From NCBI GenBank assembly GCA_018969225.1, contig JAGWYS010000001.1, positions 2,279-66,278 of the forward strand: a DNA stretch of 64,000 nt. Direction: 5' to 3'. The notes below the pieces were generated by a model. It was not told where the DNA came from, made no database searches, and saw only the letters and a list, made by a program, of their open reading frames with translations. The stretch is from Gemmatimonadota bacterium (GTDB taxonomy: Bacteria; Gemmatimonadota; Gemmatimonadetes; Gemmatimonadales; Gemmatimonadaceae). Position numbers and translations under genes: made by a program. Positions 56,830 through 64,000 of the stretch are shown piece by piece (position 1 is the first letter of the stretch; each line of letters starts with the position of its first letter).

Positions 56830-58122
56830 CTACCGGGCCACCGGATTCACCTGCAACCGCTCCATCGCATCCCCGACCGTGTGGAACGACCCCGTGACCA
56901 GCACCGTCCCCCCCGCGCGCCGCCCGGCGTTGAGGGCGGCCGACAGGTCGTCAAAGCGCTCCACCGCAACCCCAGCCTCCGCCGCCCATCCGCACACGGC
57001 CTCCAGCGACCAGGCGCGGTTCGGCGGCGCCGACGGCGCCACGGTCACGAGAATCCGGTCGGCCACGGTGGCGAGCTGGGCCAGGATGCCACGCCAGTCC
57101 TTGTCGTTCAGCACCGACACCACCGCCACCAATGGACGGGACACCGCCACGGCCCGCACGGTGGCCACCACGGTCGCCGCGCCGTCGGGATTGTGCGCCA
57201 CATCAAACAGCCACGGACCGCTCCGGTGGAAGCGCCCCGGCAGCCGCACCCCGGCCAGCAGCGCGTCCGCCTCAGCCTCGATGGCCGCCCATCGGCCGCC
57301 CGCGGCGCGCAGCATGGCCAGCGCCACCGCGGCGTTGTCCGCCTGAAACCGCCCCACCAGCGGCGTGGCCAGCCGTCGCGTCCGTCCTGCCACCTCCAGG
57401 GTGAAGTGCGTACCGACCGGATCAAGTTCGACGTCCCGCACCTGCCAGTCGCGTCCGGTCACCAGCACCGGCGTCGCGCCCACCGCCTCGGCGCGGGCCT
57501 GCAACAAGGACCGGATGCCGGGGGCCGTGTCACCCACCACGGCGGCCGCCCCGGCCTTGAAGATCCCCGCCTTTTCCATGGCGATGGCCTCGGGGGTGGT
57601 ACCGAGGAACTCCTGGTGGTCCAGGCCGATCTGCGTGACACCGGCAGCCACGGGGTGCACCACGTTGGTGGCGTCGAGCCGCCCCCCAAGCCCGACCTCG
57701 ATCACCGCCACGTCCACGCCCACATCGGCAAAGTGCGCCAGGGCGAGCGCGGTCGTGGCCTCGAAAAAGGTCGCGCCCAGTTCCGTGAGCAGCGGCAGGC
57801 GGGCCTCCAGCCAGGCCGTGATGGCCTCCGGGCGCATCGGCACCCCCTCCACCGCGATGCGTTCCGAGAAATCCACCAAGTGGGGCGACGTGTAGCGTCC
57901 CACCCGCGCCCCGCCGCCGCGCAGCAGCGCGTCCAACGTGGCCACGGTGCTCCCCTTTCCATTGGTGCCGGCCACGTGGAACACCGGGAAGCGCCGTTCC
58001 GGGTGCCCCAGCGCTTCCATCAGCGCCGTCATCCGCTCGAGGCCCAGGCGCCACGCCCCGCCCGTTCGGGCGTACAGCGCGTCGAGAGCCCTCCGGTACG
58101 CCGCCAGATCCGGTGTGGTCAC
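56830..58122 (-). CDS. folC: Folylpolyglutamate/dihydrofolate synthase
   Basis: HVAGTNGKGST, YTSPHL, TFFE, EVGLGGRLDATN, DH...LG, EKAGI, DVAHN. Alternative TTG start at 58128. Confidence 0.95.
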   Translation of the reverse strand: MTTPDLAAYRRALDALYARTGGAWRLGLERMTALMEALGHPERRFPVFHVAGTNGKGSTVATLDALLRGGGARVGRYTSPHLVDFSERIAVEGVPMRPEAITAWLEARLPLLTELGATFFEATTALALAHFADVGVDVAVIEVGLGGRLDATNVVHPVAAGVTQIGLDHQEFLGTTPEAIAMEKAGIFKAGAAAVVGDTAPGIRSLLQARAEAVGATPVLVTGRDWQVRDVELDPVGTHFTLEVAGRTRRLATPLVGRFQADNAAVALAMLRAAGGRWAAIEAEADALLAGVRLPGRFHRSGPWLFDVAHNPDGAATVVATVRAVAVSRPLVAVVSVLNDKDWRGILAQLATVADRILVTVAPSAPPNRAWSLEAVCGWAAEAGVAVERFDDLSAALNAGRRAGGTVLVTGSFHTVGDAMERLQVNPVAR

Positions 58123-58152
58123 GAACAACGGGGCTGGGCGCCGCCGGCGCCG

Positions 58153-59019
58153 TCAGCCGTCCTGCGCGCGCGCCGCAGAGGCGGGGCGCCCGGTCATGTG
58201 GCGGAGCAGCCGGGACAGGGTTTCCCGCAAGGCCTTCCGGTGCACCACCCGGTCCAGCATCCCGTGCTCCAGCAGGAACTCCGCGGTCTGGAACCCCTCG
58301 GGGAGGTCCTGCCCGAGCGTCTGCTTGATCACCCGGGGGCCGGCGAAGCCGATGACGGCCCCCGGCTCGGCAACAATGGCGTCTCCCAACATCGCGTAAC
58401 TCGCGCTCACCCCGCCGGTGGTGGGATTGGTGAGCACCGACACGTAGGGAATGCGTCGCTCGGCCAGTTGGGACAGGACCGCGGACGCCTTGGCCATCTG
58501 CATCAGCGAGAGGATCCCCTCCTGCATTCGCGCACCACCGGACGCCGACAGGATGACCAGGGGATGCTTGCGCTCGAGGGACCGCAGCCCGAGGCGTGCG
58601 ATCTTCTCCCCCACCACCGATCCCATGGAGCCGCCCATGAACGCGAAATCCATGACGCCCAAGCCCACGGGCAGCCCCTCAAGCTGCCCGGCGACCGTCA
58701 CGATCGCGTCCGACTCGCCGGCCCCGGCCAGCGAGCGCCGCAACCGGGCCGGATAGTCGGGAAACCCGAGCGGGTCCACCGACCGGAGGTCGCCCTCCAC
58801 CTCCCCCACGGTGCCCTCGTCCAGCAGGAGGGAGACGTATTCCCACGCGCGCATGCGCCGGTGGTAGTCGCACCCCGGGCACACGTTGGCATTGCGCTGG
58901 AACTTCGCGCGAATGTCCGTGTGCCCGCACGCCTCGCACTTCTCCCACGTGTCGGGAGGGATCTCCAGCCGCTCGCGCCGCGGCTGTCTGGGCTTCTTCT
59001 CCTTCCGGAACCAAGCCAT
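58153..59019 (-). CDS. accD: Acetyl-CoA carboxylase carboxyltransferase beta subunit
   Basis: CxxC...CxxC Zn finger, GGSMG, SGGARMQEG, PTTGGV.AS, FAGPRVI. Confidence 0.96.
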   Translation of the reverse strand: MAWFRKEKKPRQPRRERLEIPPDTWEKCEACGHTDIRAKFQRNANVCPGCDYHRRMRAWEYVSLLLDEGTVGEVEGDLRSVDPLGFPDYPARLRRSLAGAGESDAIVTVAGQLEGLPVGLGVMDFAFMGGSMGSVVGEKIARLGLRSLERKHPLVILSASGGARMQEGILSLMQMAKASAVLSQLAERRIPYVSVLTNPTTGGVSASYAMLGDAIVAEPGAVIGFAGPRVIKQTLGQDLPEGFQTAEFLLEHGMLDRVVHRKALRETLSRLLRHMTGRPASAARAQDG

Positions 59020-59121
59020 AGTCACGGATAATCAGCCCTGCCCCCCCGTTTCGGTAGGGCTTGCGCGCCATCGGTTGCGGCCAACCGCGCCCAAAACCCC
59101 GAACAAATGGCGAATCGCGTG

Positions 59122-60372
59122 CTACAGCCCCAGCGCGCCGGCCTCCCCCTTCCCCTCCGACGAGATGCGCAGCAGCACGCCCACGGCCAGCCAGGAAACC
59201 ACCAGGAACGACGGACCATAGCTGAGGAACGGGAGCGGGATCCCGGTGACCGGCATCAACCCCAGCGTCATCCCCACGTTGACGATGATGTGCACCAGCC
59301 AGACGGCGCCAAGCCCGAGCGCCACCAGCCCCGCAAACGGGTCGCTGGCCCGGGCGGACACCCGCACGATGCGCACCAGGAGGGCGAAGAACAGGGCGAG
59401 AACCAGCGACACGCCAAGGAACCCCAGTTCCTCGCCAACCACGGAGAAGATGAAGTCGGTGTGCCGCTCGGGGAGATACCCGAGGCGCTTCTGGGAACCC
59501 AGCGTGAACCCCTTCCCCAACAGCCCGCCGGACCCGATGGCCACCCGGCTTTGCGTGACATGGTACCCCGCATCCCCGGGTGCCAATCCCGGGTCGAGGA
59601 ACACGAGCAGCCGCTGCCGCTGGTACGGCTTGAGCGCGTCCCAGAGCACGGGGGCCACCACGCCCAGCGCCACGTTGGCCGCCAGGACCGACACCACCTC
59701 CCACACCGTGCGACGCAGCGCGAACAGCAGCACGGCCAACGCCACGAACCAGGCCCCCCACAGGCCGCTGCTGAAGGCCAGGAGGAGGCCAATCCCCGGA
59801 CTGGCCAGCATGAGCAGCATCCAGGGGGGCACCCCCGACCAGAACAGCAGCGCGAAGCACATGCCGATGAAGGCGATCCCGGTGCCCAGATCGGGCTGGG
59901 CCATGACCAGCACCCAGGGCACGCCCACCACCAGCAGCGGTCGCCACAGCTCCGCCAGAGCTCGCGGCGGCTCGCGACGGGCGGCCAGCACCTTGGCCAG
60001 CATCAGCACCGTGGCCAGCTTGGCGAGTTCGGCAGGCTGTCCCACCCGGATGCCCCCGATGGTCAGCCACCCCTTGACGCTGGCGGCCGTCCCTGCGCCC
60101 GTGCCGAACGCCAGCACCACCAGCAACAGCAGCAGGCTCACGCCGTAAAGCGCCGGCGTGGCCCACTCGACCACGCGGACCGACGTCCGCACGGCAAACC
60201 ACGTCGCAAGGCACGCCGCGCCGGCAAAGGCGAGCTGGCGGCGCCACGCCACGGCCACGAAGCCCGCGGGTGAGTCCGTCTGCCCGGCGGAGTACACCAT
60301 CGCCACCCCGAGCGCGGTGAGCAGCGCGGCCAGCAGAAGGAGCGGGACGTCGAGGCGCCTCTGGCGTCGCAC
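59122..60372 (-). CDS. rodA: Rod shape-determining SEDS protein RodA
   Basis: QP.E..K, QPDLGT, YQ..R, GY...QS..AIGSGG..G, PE.HTDFIF, GM..G..PVTG.PLPF.SYG. Follows mrdA. Confidence 0.94.
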   Translation of the reverse strand: MRRQRRLDVPLLLLAALLTALGVAMVYSAGQTDSPAGFVAVAWRRQLAFAGAACLATWFAVRTSVRVVEWATPALYGVSLLLLLVVLAFGTGAGTAASVKGWLTIGGIRVGQPAELAKLATVLMLAKVLAARREPPRALAELWRPLLVVGVPWVLVMAQPDLGTGIAFIGMCFALLFWSGVPPWMLLMLASPGIGLLLAFSSGLWGAWFVALAVLLFALRRTVWEVVSVLAANVALGVVAPVLWDALKPYQRQRLLVFLDPGLAPGDAGYHVTQSRVAIGSGGLLGKGFTLGSQKRLGYLPERHTDFIFSVVGEELGFLGVSLVLALFFALLVRIVRVSARASDPFAGLVALGLGAVWLVHIIVNVGMTLGLMPVTGIPLPFLSYGPSFLVVSWLAVGVLLRISSEGKGEAGALGL

Positions 60373-60375
60373 CGG

Positions 60376-62136
60376 TCAGTCCGTCGGCGTGGAGCCCATC
60401 GTGAGACGGGCCTTGAGGTAGCGCTCCATGATGCGGGTCGCCACGCGAGCGGCCGTGGACCCGTGCAGCCCTTCCTCGATGATGATCGCCACCACGATGC
60501 GGGGGGCGTCCGCCGGCGCGTAGCCCACGAACCACGCGTTGTCCTTGAACGGCGGGTTCTGGGCCGTCCCCGTCTTGCCGGCGATGGTCAGCCCCCGGAC
60601 CTGCGCCCCGGCGGCCGTGCCGCGGCTGACCACGTCCGCCAGCGCGCCTTGCACTCCCGCCAACTGGTCGGGGGTGAGATTGAGGATGCGGGTGCGCTCC
60701 ACGGGGCGCGCCACCACTTGCGGCGTGGCGGCCGATCCGTCCGTGGCGAGCGCCGTGTAGAACCGGGCCATGTTCACCGGCGTCTGGGCATTGTTCGCCT
60801 GCCCGATGGCCAGCGACAGCACCACCGACCGGTTCCATCCGCGCGGGCCGTACCGGCGGTCGAAGTAGGCGATCGCCTCGGGCCAGATGGGCCGCCCCTC
60901 TCCCGGCAGGTCGATGCCGGTGCGCCGGTTGAACCCCAAACGCACCCCTCCGGCCAGCAGGTTGGCCAGCCCGATCTTGAGCCCGAGTTGGTAGAAGTAC
61001 ACGTCGCACGACTTCGCGATGGCTTCGGCCAACGTGACGTTGCCATGCCCCTTCCGCTCCCAGCACCGGAAGACCCGCCCGTAGTAGTACCCCCCCGTGC
61101 ATGGCTGTGCCATGCGCGTGTCCATGGTCACCAGCCCCATCTCCAGCCCCAGCACCGCCGTGGCCAGCTTCCAGGTGGATGCCGGCGCGTAGTTCCCCCG
61201 GAGGGCCCGGTTGAACAGCGGGTCGAACGGCGCCTTGGACAGGCTGTCGTACTCGGCCGCCGGGCGCCGGCCGATGAAGCGGTTGATGTCGTACGTGGGC
61301 GCGCTGTAGAGGGCCAGCACGCCGCCGGTGGCGGGATCCATGGCCACCACCGCGCCGCGCAGCGAGTCCGCGAAGTAGGCGTGGATGAAGCGCTGCAGGT
61401 CGAGGTCCAGGTTGGTGCGCAGCGGCTCCTGCGAGCTGGGCAGCTCCACGTCCCGCACGCCGCCGTCACGCACCACCCGGTTGCGCGCGTCCACTTCCAC
61501 GAAGCGGCGCCCCTCGCGGCCCCGCAGCCGTTCCTCATACTCCAGCTCCAGCCCGGTGCGCCCCACCTGCTGGCCCGCCTTGTACCCCTCGTACCGGGGC
61601 TGCAGGAGCTGCTGCTCGGAGATTTCCCCGGTGTAGCCCATCACCGCCGCCAGCGCCGGGCCGTCCGGATAATGGCGCTTGGGCGCGCTCTGGATGATCA
61701 GCCCCGGAATGCCGGCGCGGCGCTCTTCGAGCGCGGAGACCACGGCGAACGAAGCGTCGTTGAACACCACGGCCGGCCGCGTGGGCGAGCGTCGGAACCG
61801 GCGCACCACGCCCTCCCGCTGGGCAGAGTCGAGGGACACCACCCGTGCCAGCGTGGCCAGCGCCGCGCGCAGCGAATCCACGGACGGCGTGAGGACGGAG
61901 ACAGTGTACCCCGGCAGGTTCTCGGCGAGCACCTCGCCGTGGCGGTCCGTGATGACCGCGCGCGCCGCCGGCAGCGGCACCTCGCGGAGTCGGTTGTTCT
62001 CGGCCCGCTCCACGAAGTCGGCGTTCTGCAGCACCTGTGCCCGGAAGAACGCGAGCAGCAGGGCGCCAAACGCCGCGCCGAGCACCGCCCGGACCAGCCG
62101 CGCGCGCCGCAGCAGGAGGTTGGGATGGTACGCCAC
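60376..62136 (-). CDS. mrdA: Penicillin-binding protein 2
   Basis: N-terminal TM helix, STWK (SxxK), SCD (SxD), KTGT. Sits in the mre operon. Start uncertain (GTG 62136). Confidence 0.93.
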   Translation of the reverse strand: MAYHPNLLLRRARLVRAVLGAAFGALLLAFFRAQVLQNADFVERAENNRLREVPLPAARAVITDRHGEVLAENLPGYTVSVLTPSVDSLRAALATLARVVSLDSAQREGVVRRFRRSPTRPAVVFNDASFAVVSALEERRAGIPGLIIQSAPKRHYPDGPALAAVMGYTGEISEQQLLQPRYEGYKAGQQVGRTGLELEYEERLRGREGRRFVEVDARNRVVRDGGVRDVELPSSQEPLRTNLDLDLQRFIHAYFADSLRGAVVAMDPATGGVLALYSAPTYDINRFIGRRPAAEYDSLSKAPFDPLFNRALRGNYAPASTWKLATAVLGLEMGLVTMDTRMAQPCTGGYYYGRVFRCWERKGHGNVTLAEAIAKSCDVYFYQLGLKIGLANLLAGGVRLGFNRRTGIDLPGEGRPIWPEAIAYFDRRYGPRGWNRSVVLSLAIGQANNAQTPVNMARFYTALATDGSAATPQVVARPVERTRILNLTPDQLAGVQGALADVVSRGTAAGAQVRGLTIAGKTGTAQNPPFKDNAWFVGYAPADAPRIVVAIIIEEGLHGSTAARVATRIMERYLKARLTMGSTPTD

Positions 62137-62144
62137 GGTCGCCG

Positions 62145-62651
62145 TCAGTACGGGCGCGTGCGGCCCGCGTCGCGCGCCACCAGGTGCACGGCCACCGCCA
62201 GCAGCCCGGTGGCCAGCGCGGTCAGCGGGGCCCACAGGAGCAAGTCCCCGGGGGCGAGCGCGGCCGTGCCCTCAGGACGCCCCAGGGCCGCCACGAGGTC
62301 ACCCAGCCAGCTCGCCCCGAACGCCACGAGCCCAGGGAGCAGCACCTGTTCGCTGAAGAGCAGCGCCCGCATGGACGCGGCGACAAAGGCTTCCAGCAGC
62401 CAGAGCAGCGCCGTGGCGCCGAAGGGCGTGGCCGCCGTGGCATCCGCGGTCACGCCGAACAGGAAGCCGACCAGCGCGGCCACGCCTGGACGCACCCGCA
62501 CGGCCACGAAGAGCACCGCCACCAGCAGGAACCCCACCTGCGGCCGATCGGGCAGCAACGGACGCACGGCGTACTGCCCGAGCACCAGCAGCAGCACCAT
62601 CACGGATGCCACCGCCGAGCGGTGTCCGCTTCGGCCGATCCCGGAACTCAT
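62145..62651 (-). CDS. mreD: Rod shape-determining protein MreD
   Basis: Small hydrophobic protein with G...G...D...FG, positioned between mreC and mrdA. ATGA overlap with mreC. Confidence 0.8.
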   Translation of the reverse strand: MSSGIGRSGHRSAVASVMVLLLVLGQYAVRPLLPDRPQVGFLLVAVLFVAVRVRPGVAALVGFLFGVTADATAATPFGATALLWLLEAFVAASMRALLFSEQVLLPGLVAFGASWLGDLVAALGRPEGTAALAPGDLLLWAPLTALATGLLAVAVHLVARDAGRTRPY

Positions 62652-63712
62652 CGCCACGGCACGCCGGCCGGTTGGGGAGGCCGCGAGACGGGCACCTGCG
62701 CGTCGGGCCCGCCCGTGTCCGGACGAGGCAGCAGAACGCGGCGCACGCGGGGCGAGGCCGACCCGGAATCCGACAGGCGGGGATCCGCCCCCGAGGCCGC
62801 GGGAACGGCGCCGGCCTCTGGCGTCCGCGCCAGGGAGTCGCCGGCGGCCGCGGCGGCTCGGGCGGCGCTGTCGACCGCCCCGCCACGCCACGCCGAGGCA
62901 ACGCGCCCTGTGTCCGACGACGGGGTGAGCACGACCACCGGCCCCACGCCATCAGGCAGGACCGCTGGCAGCACCAAGTACGTCCGCGACCATTGCTCCG
63001 GAGTGGCGAGCTCGCCGACCACCGCGCCGATCACGATGCCCCGAGGAAAGGTGGCGCCCAGCCCCGAGGTGACCACGACCGTGCCGGTGTCCAGGCGTGA
63101 GCGGTACCGGACGCCCCGCAGTTCCAGCAGGAAACGGCGCGCCCCGGGGGCCAAGTGCGGCTTGATGATCCCGAACGCGCTACCGTCGGCGCTCATGGCA
63201 CTGGCAGCGAAGTCCGGGTGGGCCCACGTGATGACCTCACTGCGCCGCGCGTCCACGCGCTCGACCATGCCCACCAACCCGCGGGCGGTGACCACCGGCT
63301 GAAAGGGGGCAATCCCCGACTCGGCACCCGCATCGAGCCCCAGGGTGAAGTCCGCCTCGAAGGACCGTCCCGGCAGCAGGTCGGCCACCACGAACCCCTG
63401 TCGCAGGCGGCCGGCGAGCCCCAACAGGTCGCGCAAGGTGCGGTTCTCGGCCTCCATGGCGGCCGCGTCGGCCGACGCCCGCACCTCCCCTCCCGCGCGG
63501 ACGAGCACAGTGTCCCGACCGCGCAGGGCCGCCCGTACGCGAGCCGAGCGGGCCTCCAGCCCCAGCAACGGGGCCAGGACAGTGGCGCGCAGCCCGCCCG
63601 CCACGGCCGACCGCGGCCCGTCCGGGAGCATCAGGAGCAGCAGCGCGGCCAGCGCTCCCACCCCTGCCAGCACCAGGTCCAGTCGAGCGGCCGCGCGTCC
63701 GTGGCGTGGCAC
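62648..63712 (-). CDS. mreC: Rod shape-determining protein MreC
   Basis: TM helix, EN..LR.LL, GLVG.V, VVTSGLG..FP.GI.IG. Confidence 0.9.
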   Translation of the reverse strand: MPRHGRAAARLDLVLAGVGALAALLLLMLPDGPRSAVAGGLRATVLAPLLGLEARSARVRAALRGRDTVLVRAGGEVRASADAAAMEAENRTLRDLLGLAGRLRQGFVVADLLPGRSFEADFTLGLDAGAESGIAPFQPVVTARGLVGMVERVDARRSEVITWAHPDFAASAMSADGSAFGIIKPHLAPGARRFLLELRGVRYRSRLDTGTVVVTSGLGATFPRGIVIGAVVGELATPEQWSRTYLVLPAVLPDGVGPVVVLTPSSDTGRVASAWRGGAVDSAARAAAAAGDSLARTPEAGAVPAASGADPRLSDSGSASPRVRRVLLPRPDTGGPDAQVPVSRPPQPAGVPWR

Positions 63713-63720
63713 GGCCGCGG

Positions 63721-64000
<280 letters not shown>

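Overview
This is a very GC-rich, densely coding core-chromosome window, most consistent with a Gemmatimonadota-type bacterium. That assignment is inferred from the gene content and the tmRNA tag ANNNLALAA. About 57 CDSs and one tmRNA are supported. I saw no integrase, transposase, prophage or CRISPR array. The main blocks are: (1) an acyl-CoA catabolic cluster (acyl-CoA dehydrogenase, split AtuA, carboxyltransferase, two-subunit B12 mutase, MeaB, methyltransferase) beside recQ and a U32 protein; (2) aspS-phoH-ybeY and two CNNM/CBS genes; (3) a trp cluster interleaved with non-trp genes (GAF-trpD, antisense lexA, trpC-trpF-trpB-HEAT-HD-GYP-trpA-yqeK-LytR_C); (4) truA-htrA-purB-purC-psd-pssA-purSQLF-ppdK-FMO; (5) ssrA, dusB, PTS IIA, MATE and patB; (6) mreBCD-mrdA-rodA-accD-folC-hisS-proS-lysA-phosphoesterase-guaA. 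The most notable observations are: a candidate LexA operator (TTCGG-N6-TTCGG, two copies) over an apparently bidirectional lexA/trpC promoter; a HEAT-repeat and HD-GYP gene pair with a shared N-terminal domain between trpB and trpA; a B12 mutase with isobutyryl-CoA-mutase-type (Phe/Gln) specificity residues linked to AtuA genes; a probable CTG start; an unlisted 51-aa membrane protein; and recurrent leaderless-type promoters. All calls come from motif recognition by eye, with no database searches.
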